A stretch of DNA of 64,000 nt from Lama glama (taxonomy: Eukaryota): assembly GCA_028534125.1 (NCBI GenBank), contig CM052816.1, positions 54,624,001-54,688,000 of the forward strand, read 5' to 3'. Within the stretch, counting starts at the first letter, position 1. Each line of letters begins with the position of its first letter. The notes under the pieces are model-generated. The model worked only from the letters and a program-made list of their open reading frames with translations. It had not been told where the DNA came from and searched no databases. Below are positions 24,683-38,364 of the stretch, piece after piece. A program made the translations under genes and the position numbers.

Positions 24683-25734
24683 CAGCAAAGGAAACCATAA
24701 GTAAAACAAAATGACAACCTACGAAATGGGAGAAAGGCTTGATCTCCAGAATATATAAGCAGCTCACACGATTTAATAAGAAAAAAACAAACAACCCAGT
24801 TCAAAGATGGGCAGAAGACCTAAACAATCAATTCTCCAGGGAAGAAACACAAATGATCAATAGGCACATGNNNNNNNNNNNNNNNNNNNNNNNNNNNNNN
24901 NNNNNNNNNNNNNNNNNNNNNNNNNNNNNNNNNNNNNNNNNNNNNNNNNNNNNNNNNNNNNNNNNNNNNNAAAATCCACAAATGACAAATGCTGGAGAGG
25001 CTATGGAGAAAAGGGAACCCTCCTACACTGCTGGTGGGAATGCAGTTTGGTGCAGCCACTACGGAAAACAGCATGGAGATTCCTCAAAAGACTAGGAATA
25101 GACTTACCATATGACCCAGGAATCCCACTCCTGGGCATATATCTAGAAGGAACCCTACTTCAAAATAACACCTGCACCCCAATGTTCATAGCAGCACTAT
25201 TCACAATAGCCAAGACATGGAAACGGCCTAAATATCCATCAACAGATGACTGGATAAAGAAGCTGTGGTATATTTATACAATGGAATACTATTCAGCCAT
25301 AAAAACCAACAACATAATGCCATTTGCAGCAATATGGATGTTACTAGAGAATGTCATTCTAAGTGAAGTAAGCCAGAAAGAGAAAGAAAAATACCATATG
25401 AGATCACTTATATGTGGAGTCTAAGAAAACAAACAAACAAACAAACCCATAAATACAAAACAGAAACAGACTCACAGACATAAAGTATAAACTTGTGGTT
25501 GCCAGGGGGACGGGGAGTGGGAAGGGACTGGGATTTCAAAATGAAGATTAGATTAACAAGATTGTACTGTGTAGCATAGGGAAATATATACAGGATCTTG
25601 TGATGGCTCACAGTGAAAGAGAATGTGACAATGAATGTATGTATGTTCATGTATAACTGAAAAATTGTGCTCTACACTGAAATTTGACACAACATTGTAA
25701 AATGACTGTAACTCAATTTAAAAAATGTTAAAAA
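24683..25734 (+). mobile_element. Young L1 3' part nested in an older L1
   Basis: ORF2 C-terminus ([12 protein letters not shown]...EKEKYHMRSLICG); TSD aaaaac(a/t)ggtc at 24672-24682 and 25735-25745. Confidence 0.92.
24871..24970. other. Assembly gap (100 N) inside an L1 copy
   Basis: Run of exactly 100 N with L1 ORF2 sequence on both sides. Confidence 0.99.
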
Positions 25735-26299
25735 AAAAACTGGTCAAATGGCTTGAATAGGCACCCCACAAAGAAAGATCTATGTCATCAATAAATACAT
25801 GAGAAGGTGCTCAATGTCATTAGCCATCAGGAAATGCAAAATAAAGTCACAGCAAGATACCATTTCACATCTACTGAAGGGCTAAACTTCTAAAAACCTG
25901 ACAACACTTATTTTTAAATGTAAAGGAGGATTGTACTGTATTTATATAATGGGAAAATGTTCAGCAATAAAAGGAAAAAACATCGAATCCATGTATGAAC
26001 ATGGATGAATCAAAAAATGTATCACGTAGAGAAAAAAAAAGGCAGACACAAAAGAGTACATGCTGTGAGTTTAGTCTATGCAAAACTACTTTACGGTGGG
26101 AGAAATCAGAACAGTGTTTGCCTCTAGGGTTGGGAGATTGGGCACAAGGACATCTCTTGGGGGAAAGAAAATGTTCTCTATTTTGGTTGGAACAGTGGTT
26201 ACATGGTGTATACATTTCTCAAAACTCATCAGATTGTTCATTTAAGATCTGTGTGTTTTATCATTTAGAAATTTGTCTTCAGTTTAAAAAATATTGGGG

Positions 26300-26921
26300 T
26301 GCAGCCATTATGGAAAACAGTATGGAGAGTCCTCAAAAAACTAAAACTAGACTTACCATATGATCCAGCAATCCCACTCCTGGGCATATATCTGGAGGAA
26401 ACTCTAATTCGAAAAGATACATGCACCCCAATGTTCATAGCAGCACTACTTAAAATTGAAGCAACCTAAATGTCCATCAACAGATGACTGGATAAAGAAG
26501 CTGTGGTATATCTATACAAGGGAATACTACTTAGCCATAAAAAGAATAAAATAATGTCATTTGCAGCAACATGGATGGACCTGGAGATCATCATACTAAG
26601 TGAAGTAAGCCAGAAAGAGAAAGAAAAATACCATACGATATCACTTACATGTAGAATCTGAAAAATGACAGAAATGAATTTACTTACAAAACAGAAACAG
26701 ACTCTTAGACATAGAAAACAAACTTATGGCTACCAGCAGGGAAAGGAGGAGGGGAGGGATAAATTGGGAGTTCAAGATTTGCAGATACTAACTACTATAT
26801 ATAAAATAAACAACAAGTTTCTACTGTATAGCACTGGGAACTATATTCAACACCTTGTAACGGCCTATAATGCAAAAGAGTATGAAAAGATACATATATG
26901 TATAATTGAATCACTAAAAAA
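26300..26921 (+). mobile_element. Young L1 3' fragment lacking its terminal ~50 nt
   Basis: Homologous to the other young L1 copies but stops at gaatcact followed by As; TATTGGGG repeated at 26292-26299 and 26925-26932. Confidence 0.9.
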
Positions 26922-27934
26922 TAGTATTGGGGGATAAAAATCATGGAGGAAGAAAAGATGTGTAATACATTTAAAAGCTTCATGAGCGATATCAACAAAT
27001 TTTGGTTCCTCAAGGAAGGCTGTGACTTGGAGATCTGGGGTAGAATAACAGGAAATCAGAAAAAGAAAGTGAGAAAATAGAGGAAACAAACTAGGAATGA
27101 AAAGAAGAAAAGGGAAAAACACTGGGAGGGAACAGGTCATGCATTGCACCCCCTTAGTCTTCATCCTAGAACTATCTTCGGGGATAGAGCCAACATTTTT
27201 TTGAATTGTAATATATGTAATGCATAGAGAAATGTGCATTAAGTGTACATAGAAAGTCTAAGTAAGAATAATAAAATGCATTACCATCCATGTTCCTACC
27301 ACTCGGTGTTAAGAAATTGAAACTACGAGGATTCTACTCCCGCTGCAGTTCCTTCCTCCCCATCTCAGGGAGGTGATGCCCCTGATATATGTATGCTGCA
27401 GTGATAGACTGATTTTGAAATCCAGAGGAGCAAGCGTAACTGTAGTCTGTAAAGAAGCCTCTTCCAACCTCTCATCTGCAAGGGCAGGAGTCTCGCCTCT
27501 GGTGTCCTGCAGCTGAGTGGAAAGCTCTGGGAGGGCTCCGAAGGCGGGACTCACTGAGCATAAGATCACTTCTCATTCTGTTCTTGGTACGGTACTCAGA
27601 CTTCCACCTGTGTCTGGCGTCCATGGGACAGAGACCCTCTCCAGAGAATAAACCTCCTTCTGTGAGGGTGATGGAGAAGGGGCTCAAGGGCTGAGGAATG
27701 ACAAACGACGAGAAACCGTATTTTGAGATCCAGCAGGCTCTCAGATGGCTTTTACCAGTGCTCTTTATTTTGGTACCGTCACCGCCCCCTCCCTCTGCCC
27801 TCCCCATCAAGCCCAGTGCCCCCAGCCATCCCCGGGGAGGAGTCTGCGGCAGGAAGCAGGTTGATTCGTAGCTTGCCTTGATTAGACCTTGTCTCCTTCC
27901 TAGCTCTCTGTCTCTCTCTTCCCCTCCCACCCCT

Positions 27935-27935
<1 letters not shown>

Positions 27936-27973
<38 letters not shown>
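27936..27973. repeat. (TG)n microsatellite
   Basis: About 18 uninterrupted TG units. Confidence 0.95.
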
Positions 27974-27976
<3 letters not shown>

Positions 27977-29489
27977 AGAGGAACTTTAATGGAGTTTTGG
28001 GAAACAGTGAAATTGGATGCTAAGCTCAATCTTCCATCCTCAACCTCACAATCATAAAGAATATTAATTTTCTTCTGTACTACACAAAAATATATATTCA
28101 AGATTAAAAAATTGATACAGGTAGATAAAAAGGAAAAACCATAAATCACCCTGAATGCTACCACGTAGATCTAGCCATGATTAACATTTTGGTATTTACA
28201 TTTCCAGATAGATGCACACATGATTTTCCTTACAAAAGTAAAATTTTAGTGCATATCCTATTTTATGATATGATCTGTTCATGTCGTATATCACAAACTT
28301 TCTTTTGTATTATTAAATGTACTTTTCCTACATCATTTGAATGATTGTATACATTCTATTGGCATGATAACCAATACTCTATTGTGAACATTTCTTTTGT
28401 TTACTACTGTATAATTTACTACTATAATCAAACCAATGCATACACTTAAATCCCTTATTTTGATTGTCTAGACTTAAATGGATCCTCACCATGGAATCTC
28501 AAAGATGATATCTCTTTGCTGGGATCAAGGGTAAATCAACAAACCAGGGAGAAGGCAGTACCATTTGTAGTATCAGAGGAAAGATCTATCAATTAGTTTC
28601 ATAAAGTCATGAACACTCAGAATTGGATGCCTCCTACCGGCCTCACTCATTGCCCTCCTTCTGACTTAGAAGAGAGTTTGAAAGGAAAGGAGTAGAAACA
28701 TGAGGCCAGACTGAGCCAAGTGGCTGCTTTCTTTCTGAAGTTGCAGCGGTGGGTTCCAGCTCACTACATACGGCAGCTCACAGCACACTTTTCCTGTCTC
28801 TAAAGACCTCTGGGTATTCCGAGAGCAAGAAAGTTCAAATTAATCTCAGTGATGTGTCAAATTAGTAATCATATTAATTCCATATTGTCACCTGCTCTTT
28901 GGTAGGTTTGATAAGCCACATGTTAAATTGATTATGCAAATTATCTTAGGTAAATTAAAACATCTGTTCCACACATCACCAGATTTCAAGGTGAAAGTCT
29001 TTCTGAAGGTGAGTTTTCAGTCCCCACACTACACATGATGTCTCTTTTGGCTCCTCTGTGCATCAGTTTGCCAGCATCTCAGCTCACCATTGGATTTTTT
29101 CTTTCTTATGCTACACATCGGGATGCTACATTTTCACAGCACAGATGATAAGCTGGTTTGTTTTTCATACATAATACATGTTGACACGATCCATGAAAGT
29201 GGGAATGAAAAATACGGCATAACTATAAGCGATTTATCTTTTTGCCTCACAAAATGGTAAGTCCTGAGGCCACAAAGGAGATAGGGGTGGACATACTGGA
29301 AATCATTCAGGAAAGTCCAACAGAATATTTAGGCTTTGAGATCTCCTGGATCTTGTTTACTCATTTCTCCCTTTTAGTGAGTTCACCCAGCCTTGAGTTC
29401 ATTATTCTGCCTTCTTTCTCTCTGCCACCATCATTTCTTAGTTCTATTTTCAATACAGAAGAAGGAAGGAATTTTGAAACTCTGGTTTA

Positions 29490-29631
29490 ATAGAAGAATC
29501 AGCCCAGGAGCTTGTTAAAAATACAAAGGTTGTCATTTAGTAGGACTGGGGTAGGGGCCAGAAAATTACACCTTTTAAGTGTGCAAGGTGATTCTGATGT
29601 AGTGGTCTATAGTCTGCATCTGGAGAAACAC
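29490..29631. mobile_element. MER5A-like hAT-Charlie fossil
   Basis: gaatcagcccaggagcttgttaaaaatac...ggtgattctgatg...tggagaaacact. Confidence 0.6.
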
Positions 29632-29835
29632 TTGTGTCGAGGATGGTTAAGAGCATGGATCTTAGACTGTGACACTGGACTTGAATTCTTCCTCTGCGAC
29701 TTATTCCCGTATGGCCCTAGACAAGGTATTTAATATAAGTCTCAGTTTCCCAGTCTATAAAATGAAGATACTACTCAGCACATTGTACACCCTAAACTTA
29801 CATAATGTTACATCAGTGATATCTCAATAAAAATC

Positions 29836-30230
29836 ATAATAAAGACATATCATATCACATCACTTATATGTGGAATCTTAAAAAATGATAAAAATGAACT
29901 TATTTACAAAACAGAAACAGACTCATAGACATAGAAAACAAACATATGGTTGCCAAAGGGGAAAGAGGGGAGGGGTAAATTAGGAGGTTGGTATTAACAG
30001 GTCCTATATATATAATAGATAAGTAACAAGGTCCTATTGTATAGCATAAGGAACTACATTTAATATCTTGTAATAACCTACAATGGAAAAGAATCTGAAA
30101 AAGAATATATATATATATATGTATATCTCTGAATCACTTTGCTGTATACTAGAAACTAACACAGCATTGTAAATCAACTATACTTCAATAAAAAATTATA
30201 ATAATAAAAATTAAATTAAATCAAAAATAA
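29836..30230 (+). mobile_element. Young L1 3' end
   Basis: atcacttatatgtggaatc...aaatcaactatacttcaataaaaaa. Confidence 0.9.
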
Positions 30231-30234
30231 AATA

Positions 30235-30575
30235 GGAATACTACAACATGGATGAAACTTGAAAACACTATGCTAAGTGAAATAAGCCAGACACAAAAAG
30301 ACAAGTATTATATGATTCCACTTATATGAGGTTCCTAAAATAGGAAAGTGATAGAGACAGAAAGTAGGATGGCGGTTGCTGGGGGTGCGTGGGGATGGGG
30401 AGCTTTTGTTTCATGGGTACAGAGTTTCAGTTTGGGAAGAGGAACAAGTTCTGGAAATGAATGGTGGTGATGGTGGCACAACAATGGTAGTGTATGTAAT
30501 ACTACTAAATTATACATTTTAAATGGTTAAACATGAAAAAAATTCACATTCTGTGTATTTTACCACAATGAAAAG
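30235..30575 (+). mobile_element. Older L1MB-like 3' end
   Basis: caacatggatgaaacttgaaaacactatgctaagtgaaataagccagacacaaaaagacaa...tgtgtattttaccacaat. Confidence 0.8.
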
Positions 30576-30639
30576 AAAGGTGTGGCCATAAAGGAATGAG
30601 AAAAAATTGACAAGGTGTATTATTTTAAAATGGGGTGAA

Positions 30640-31189
30640 TCATTCTATTAGGTAGTTAGATAAGTGGGGGCACAGGGCAGGTAGGTGGAGGAGAGGGAGG
30701 ATGGTCTGGAAGATGACGTTGTGCCCACCTCCAGCATAAAGGGACTTCACTTCTTCTAAATGAGTGCCAGCAAGAAACTGATTAGAACCCGACAGCCACG
30801 ACTATGCAGCAGGGAGAAAAACTTAACCGGACATGACTCCGTGCTCAGTGTAATATAATTAACACTGTGGTTTAGGCCCCCATGGTTTTTGCTGTGTACA
30901 CCAGGGGTAAGGACATGCACAAAGAAACAAACATGGCTAGGCATTCCAGGGGCAAGAACCGTCAATCAATCAAAAGACCACCTCCAAGCCAGGGTGTAAG
31001 AGAAAGGGCAAAACGAGGACCACCGCTTTTCCTCCCTTGGATGCGCCCGCCTACCGTTCTTGGAGGTGGACTTTTCGTTGCTTGAATAAATCCTTTAAAA
31101 TCTTTCACTACACAATGCAATCTGTCTTCCATCTGTAATCTTTCAGGTATGACAAGAACTGGGGTCTTTTCTGTTTCCCCTTTGGGTAA
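30640..31189 (+). mobile_element. Possible solo ERV LTR (family not recognised)
   Basis: LTR-like layout: cttgaataaa polyA signal near 31087, gacaagaac-type 3' block and ...gggtaaca end. 5' boundary and TSD not resolved. Confidence 0.4.
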
Positions 31190-32774
31190 CAATTCCTGCT
31201 CCCTAAGGCTGTTGTGAATCTTGAGTGACATAACGTATGAACAGTGCTTCTTACTTAACACAGGGCCCAGGATGGAGCAAAGGTTCAGCAGAAGGTAGCA
31301 CCACCTGAGACCCCGTCCAGCGCATGGCAATAGGGCATGACGTGTCCTGGGAGGGGGAGTCATTGTAGACCAAGACTCATCACATGTGGCCCAGACTTGA
31401 TCAGATTGGTGACAGTGACATCTCTGTTCTCTGCAGTGTGTTCAGAATGTCCGGGGTGACCCTCCAGTCCTACAGCTACTTCTAGAAGAGGCTGTCCCCT
31501 ACTCCATGGGATTCTCCCTGCTCCACTGCTCCCATCAGAGGAAATAAATACAGCTCCAGAACAACATTCTCCTGTTCAAGCTGTCCCGTGGGAGGTGACA
31601 TGCCACCCAGCAACACAGTGGAGAAGAGGAGAGGGAAGCCTTGCCCCAGGGACCCCGCCGCCATCTGGCTCCTCGCCTGGCTTCGGTGAGTCATCCCACC
31701 AACCACGCAGGTCATGAGCGGCTGCTATGATCTCACCTCACCTCTCTCCCCTCCCTCTCCTTTGAATCACCTCAGTTCTCCACACAACTTAGCGAATGGT
31801 TGACTTTTTATAGAATACACGCTTAAACGTTCTTTCAAAGAAAACTCCCACCGTGGCAAACAGCAAGAACTAAGATTGTTACACAAAATTAAATTTAATA
31901 ACAAAAGCATTTTTTGTTTTCCCCTGGGCTTCTTTGAACCCTGATGAAGCAAATATAATTTTGACTTCTAATTAGTTTTAGCTCCCACTGATACTAAGCT
32001 GCTTTGTTTAACTGTTACAAAGAATAATTAAAGGCTTTTCTTTTTCCTATTTTTTCATCTTTCTTCCCAAACCCTACTGGCAAAGAAAAAAAAAAGTCTC
32101 GCTTCATTGAATTTTTATTTTTAAAATGTTGATGAATAAATAAATGGCTTTTGTTTGGAAAAGGTAATGATGAAGTCATTAATCTGGGGGATGGAGATGA
32201 GTGGGCAGCCCAGCAGGCTTTGTTTTCCTGACAGGAGTTTCATAAATGGTCTTCACTTCTGTCTTATCAGGGTAAGGACACAAAATCTCATGTTGTTGAA
32301 AGCCTAGGGGAAAGCTCAGAAAAACATGTATTTTTCAGCTTAACAAAATGTCACTTAGGTTGTGCCCATAGGATATCAAAACAACTAGTCAGTCCTGTGT
32401 AAACACTAAACCAAAACCACTGGCAAATCTTACATCAATTTGGTAGGGAAAAAAACAAGAGTTAACATTCATGCTTGAATTTACGACCTACTGTTTTGAA
32501 ATATGCAGACACAACACAAGTAACCTTTGAAAAACAAGTGAAATTGTGAAAAGGTATATTGGGAGGACTTGAGGTATAATCTACATATGCACACAAATTA
32601 TAAACGAGTCATTTTAGAAAAATAGACACTACAGATAAATGTAAAAAAAACTGTCAAATAACTCACAGTTTCACCTTCCAGGATTAACTACTGTTCTAGA
32701 CTTGAATCCTAGTCTATTCCTCTGTATCTCTCTCCACAGATGTATGTGTGCGAATGTGAGTGTGTACATACTGG

Positions 32775-33291
32775 TGTAACAGGGAAGAAAAGATCTGACT
32801 CCATATTAGATCTGTTCCTTTGGCTCTAACCCTGTGCTCTGTTTTGGGTGTTTAGTCATGTTGGTTCTGCAGCTTTTATAAAGGAATGTTCCCGATAGCC
32901 TGAAATATACAGGAGCGCCCATTCTCAGGCTCTGATCTTTAAGGGTATAACACTTTCCATTCATATAGAGATAAAAGTCGCAGAACAGAGAATAACATTT
33001 GTCTTGTTGGAGGTTTAAGGAACATTATGACCTGACCTAGGTGGACAGTTGCAAGAACAAAGGATTCCAGCACCAAGCAGTTTGCAACAGCACCACACCC
33101 TCGACCCCTTTTAGTATAAGAGGAGCCAGATCAGTTCTGACTTAGGGAAGATGGTTCTCCAGGACATTAGTCTGCCATCTTCTCAGTCTGCTGGCTTTCT
33201 GAATAAAGTCATTATCCCTTGCCCCAACACCTTGTCTCTCAGTTTATTGGCCTGTCTTTTGGCAAGCAGAATGAGTTTGGACTCAGTAACC
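32775..33291 (+). mobile_element. Solo ERV1-class LTR
   Basis: tgtaac...gactccatattagat start, TATA-like ttagtataag, aataaagt, ...ggactcagtaac end; 4-bp TSD ctgg/ttgg. Confidence 0.8.
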
Positions 33292-33547
33292 TTGGCATCA
33301 TATTTTATGGATTATGACTTAGATGTACAAAAGAAAAAAGAAGAAAAGAAATTTTCTTTCTTCCCTATAAGTGATCTCATCTCATTCTCAAGATTGTACC
33401 TTGCCTCTGGGTACCAGGCTCCCACAATCAGGGGCCTCCTAATTGCAACCCCAGGGTTCTCAGTTTCCCTACCCATCAGGTCCTCTTCACAGCCCTTCTC
33501 CAATCCCTGCCAAGGTTCACCAGGGGGCTGGAAGTGAGGATATCTCC

Positions 33548-33925
33548 TATTATGGGCTGAATCTTTGTGTCCCTTTCAAATTCATATGTTGAAGCCCTAA
33601 CCCCCAGCAGGTTGGTATTTGGAGGTGCAGCCTCTGGGAAGTAATTAGGTTTAGAGGAGGTCATGAAGATGGGGACTTGGAGAGGGGACTAGTGTCCTTT
33701 TAGGAAGAGGAAGAGCGATCAGGGCTCTCTCTCGCCTCTAGCCACATAAGGACACAGTCAGAAGCTGGCTGTCTGGGAGCCAGGAAGTAGGCCCACACCA
33801 GAAACTCAATCTGCAGCCACCTCAGTCTTGGTCTTCCAGCCTCCAGAACTATGAGAAATAAATGTCTGTTGTTGAAGCCACCCAGCGTGTGGTATTTTGT
33901 TACAGCCGCCCGAGCTGACTAAGAC
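33548..33925 (+). mobile_element. MLT1A-like MaLR LTR
   Basis: tatgggctgaat...aaattcatatgttgaagccctaacccc...cagcctccagaactatgagaaataaatgtctgttg...gctgactaagac. Confidence 0.88.
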
Positions 33926-36900
33926 GCCAGATTCCACCTATGCAGCTGAGGGCCATTTATTCACATCCCTGTGCCTTGGGGGTGATCCGTGAAGTGTGAT
34001 AATCCTGCCTCATCTTGGAGATGTTGAGAGGAATGACTGACTTAACATGCCAGAAGCTTTCTATCTCTGCTAGGTACAAAACAGAACTCCACAAATACTA
34101 GTTCCTGCCTCTGCTTTTTCTCTGCCTAGAGAAACAGACTTAGTGTAGTTGAAGACTGTGTGTTCCCTCTCTCAGGAGTTAACTGAACTGCCAAAGAGAG
34201 GCTCAGTGCTTAACCATAAAGAGAATGGATCACTTTGTCCAAGTTTAAGGTATCAGTGCATTTGGAGGGCTTTTCAAGCCCTCCCCCCAACAAATCAGTC
34301 TTCATGAAAAGCCATTGGCCCCGTGACAAGCAAAAATACTGTGTAAACTGGAGGCTTAACTGTCTCAGTTATTTTAGTCCCTATTAACTACTAGCAAGTC
34401 CATAGGTGTCAAACACGCGTTTTAAAACTCAGCCTTCAGAACAGCCTCGTTACCCCACCTCAAAACCACAAATGGCATTTAGCTATGCACAAAAATACAT
34501 TAATATCAATTGAGTTTTATAAGTTTGGGTATTGTTTTATGACTCTATTTAGGAGAAATGTGAAAACCACAGGTTTAAACAACAACAACAAAAAGGAATG
34601 AATGTCTCTACCTTAAATTAACATCTTAGACAGAAAACACATGAAAAGAACTGAGTCCCCAACTGTTTCTCCATCGTGGATTGCAAATGATCATTGAGTG
34701 GATCCAAAGGAGCCCCTTCAAGGCTAGATCAGACTTTCTTCACTTCTTTGCAAAGGTCTATAAGTGTGCGGACCTACCAGCATCCTACTGGCTCTGTAAC
34801 TTCAGGCCAGGAAGCTCTTAACTTTGCAGACCCCATTCTTGTTCTTCTGGATATCTCCCAAATTAACTTAGCAGTCGATTTCCTCAAAAAGTCTGCCAGG
34901 CTGTATTTTTAAAATATCTTTTCCAGTGGACTCCTAAACCATCCTCTAGATGGGTAATATGCCTGGAAATTGTAGGACCGTAAACAACCTTCTTCTCCCT
35001 GGGTCCCCCTTTACCTGAAGTGTACTTCAGACATAATGGTCAATTGCTCAAAAATATCAGCGGTGAGTCAGACCCAGCAATCAATAGAACAGAGCCCCGA
35101 GGTATTAAATAGAGTGATGATCTAAAGGTAGAATTTTAGTAGCCCCAGCTGACATGCTAAGCAGGAATTTTCAGAGCCCAGTGATGGTATGTTTTCTAGG
35201 GTGTCGAGATCTCAGCCAAGAGCTTCCTGCTGCAGATTGAACAGGACAATTGATCCACATTGCCCCCTGCCCTAAACAACCAAATCTTCAACTCTATGGC
35301 CCTGAAATCCACACTGCAAAATTTGTGCCTACTGACCACGGAAATTCAGTTAGATTGGGTTTAAATGGAATTCAGAGCTGAGTTCAGTTGTGGCTCTGCT
35401 CTGCCCCGAGGACCTCAAGTGTGTCATTTCTGTGGACCTCAGTTTCCAACTCAGTGAAATGCAGGCTTACACTAGTCAGGTCCCTAGACCAACCCAAGCT
35501 CAAAAGCCAGCAGAGAGTCTATTCAACAGAGAGATCCCAGCCAGTGCTCAGAGAGGCTGGCAGAGCCCAGACTGGTCTTCACAGATGACCTGGCTCTGCC
35601 AAGAGTTTAGGAAACTCTGGATTTGGAGCTCGCCGGGTCTTTCCCAGCCCTCAGATTTCTGATTTAAAAATGTAAAACTATTGTGGGTAAGAACAGACAG
35701 ATGTCTTTACAGAAAATACCTTGCCATGTTATAGGAAAAGCAGGCCAGCAGCAGGTACCAAGGGCATCTTAGGATGCCAATGCCCAAGATGGTTTTATTA
35801 CCATTCACCTCTTCACACAAAGGTCCACACATGTCTCCTTTCCTTTCATCTACTCCTGGTAGCTTCCATTAATTGCACCTTCTTCCTGCAGTGGGAGGGG
35901 GCTGGCACTCCTCTCTCTGAATTGGTAGCACGGTTTCCACGTGAGGAAGCCTCACCTGTGAATTTTTTCTGGCAAAAGAGCACAATGTGCATCTAGCTTC
36001 TCTCTGCCATGTGAAACTCTGGGATGGATATCTAACTCAAAGGTCAAACTCTCGTGTGTGTTTTTCCATGTGTTGGGAGCACTGTTCAGCTAGGAGCTTT
36101 CCTTCCACATCCAACGCCCTGTAATTTTGTCTCCGCAGCATCCATCAATGAGGTTGATGGTAAGTTCCTCCTACTGTCTCTCAGATGCTAATAGTGGAGG
36201 AAACACAAGAGCCAGCGGAGTCAACCTCTAACCCAGTAAGTGATATTGAGACTTTGCAGAGGATTATAGAGGCCCATCTGGATATGAAAAGAGCCCTTGT
36301 TTGCAACTGAGCCCAAGCTGCTCCACCTTCAAGTCATTTTCTATCATTTTGATGGGGAAAAGGAAGCTGTGTGCAGCTTTGGCAGTTTGCTACTGTCTGC
36401 AGTGTAATTCCCAGTTCGGAAAGAAAGCAGGGATACTAACTAGCTTCCCCCACAGAACCTCTGTTATTACCGCGTAAAACACTACAGAGGACAAAGGATT
36501 CTCCCTCCCACCCTGAAGATGCACAATCTCGTTTTCAAAATGGGCTCAGAAGGCACAAGCACAACACCACTTACATTTAATTCTGCCAAGTCAAAGATTA
36601 CTTGGGAAGCAATCAAGTTCTAAAACTTCAGGCATCTTTTTACTGCTTGTACGTCCACCTCCTCTGCATAGGGGGGATGACTGATGGCTCAGCTCCAGGC
36701 CTTGTTTGATTGGTAATCGAAGGACCAAAAAGCCTTCTTTTATAGAGGTCTCTATTGTGTGAAAACGACAGAGGTTTGCTCCAAATGCTAGGCGCTGCTT
36801 CAGACAGGCGGTGCTATTCCAGGCAGACCCCCTCCCGAGAGTGACACTGTTCAAGGATGTTTTCCACTTTCTGTAGCCCGATGAGCACTCAGGAACTTCC

Positions 36901-37493
36901 TGACATCACGGGCCCACACAGTCACTGGAAATCCAGCTGGTGGCTCTGAAGTGTATTTCTTGCTGATTATTATAATGTTTAAATCGGGCACATTTAGTGT
37001 AAATGTATATACCGCTCCAGGTGACTATTTGTGCTCTACATTATACTCAGACATACAGCCTTGCATGGGAGGTGGGCAGGCATGTTCGTTCTAAGTGAGG
37101 CAAGTTCCAATGAGGGAAAGCACTGTGTACATCATTACACTCGCATGAACGCCAATGTGGGACGAAGTCTTAGCAGTTGATTCAGCTCCTAATGCCAACG
37201 GAAGTAAAATGTGCATTTCAGGAAAAGAGCCACCAGTGGTCAGCAAACATGTGAAAAGATACTCCAAAGCATTCATAAATTTTAAGATGCACACTTTAAA
37301 GGCTATTATATTGGCAAAAAATAAAGTTGGATAATATCCAATGGTAGTAAAGATGAGGAAAAACAAGACTCACACAGAGATGTTGGGACTCTAAACTGGT
37401 ATAAGGTTTTGGGATGGAAATTTGACACCATAAATTAAAATTGACACAATAAGTCAATTCCAGGTTTAGGAATTAATCCTGCAGACCGACTTT

Positions 37494-37877
37494 ACTGTGG
37501 ACTGCCTTGTGTCCCCTCAAAATTCATGTGGTGAAGCCCTAATCCCTGTTGTGACTATTTTTGGAGATGGGGCTTTAGGAGGTAATTAAGGTTATACGAG
37601 GTCTTAAAGGTAGGGCCCTAATTGGATAGGACTGTGGCCTTTTAAAAAGAGGAAGAAGGGGGAAAAAGAAAGAAAAGAAGAAGAGAGAGAGAGACGTGAG
37701 GACACAGCAGGAAGGCAGCTGTCTGCAAGATAAGAAAAGAGGTTCCATCAGGAACAGAACTGGCACCTTGATCTTGGACTTCTCAGGCTCTGTCTAGAAC
37801 TGTGGGAAAATGTTTCTATTGTTTAAGACCCTAGTCTATGGTATTTTGTTATGGCAGCAAGAGCAGACTAACTAATA
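37494..37877 (+). mobile_element. MLT1B-like MaLR LTR
   Basis: tgtgtcccctcaaaattcatgtggtgaagccctaatccc...ggcaccttgatcttggacttc...ggtattttgttatggcagc. Confidence 0.85.
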
Positions 37878-38364
37878 TAGACTCTCTAAAGTTTGCACAG
37901 GTATGTTTAAGAATTACCACTGTACCTCTGTTTGTAACAGCAAAAAATGGGAAACAACCTAAATGTCCACCAACAGGAAACTAGAACTTTGACACAATGG
38001 AAACATCGGGCACTGAGAAGCACTAAGTGTAAATTTTGATCTTGGTATATAGTCAATTTCCAATTTTTGACCTAAGCTTCCCCTTGGCTGCTGGAAGATC
38101 AACTTGCCAAATGATTAGTTCAGTTTCATTTCTGGCATTCCCAAACTTGTGCGTGATTGTGAAATTGTGTTGTAGCCACCTCATACGTAGGCAGACTGAC
38201 AATGTCAGGAACACCAAAAGGCCTGCCAGTCAGAACTTTGGTGACTGTCTATGAATAGCATATGGGACCATGCTGGATGGAAGCCAAACTGCAAATCTCA
38301 TGTGTTTTACGTTCTGAAACTCTACTAGAGGGATGAAATAGGAGTTATTTTTCATATGGATATT

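Larger units (their letters stand above)
24310..26290 (+). mobile_element. Old L1 fragment (host of the nested young L1 at 24683-25734)
   Basis: Degenerate ORF2 (SSKDTIRKMERQATEW) resumes after the insertion as aaatggcttgaataggcac and continues into an old 3'UTR. Confidence 0.7.

Noticed and set aside
27472..28164. Longest ORF in the track (230 aa, minus strand)
   Set aside because: Non-ATG start, runs through a (CA)n repeat (HTHTHT) and AT-rich repeat-like DNA, no recognisable domain; a chance open frame.
34264..34284. 9-bp-stem hairpin ggagggctt-ttc-aagccctcc
   Set aside because: Isolated short inverted repeat with no ncRNA context; such stems are expected occasionally in 64 kb.
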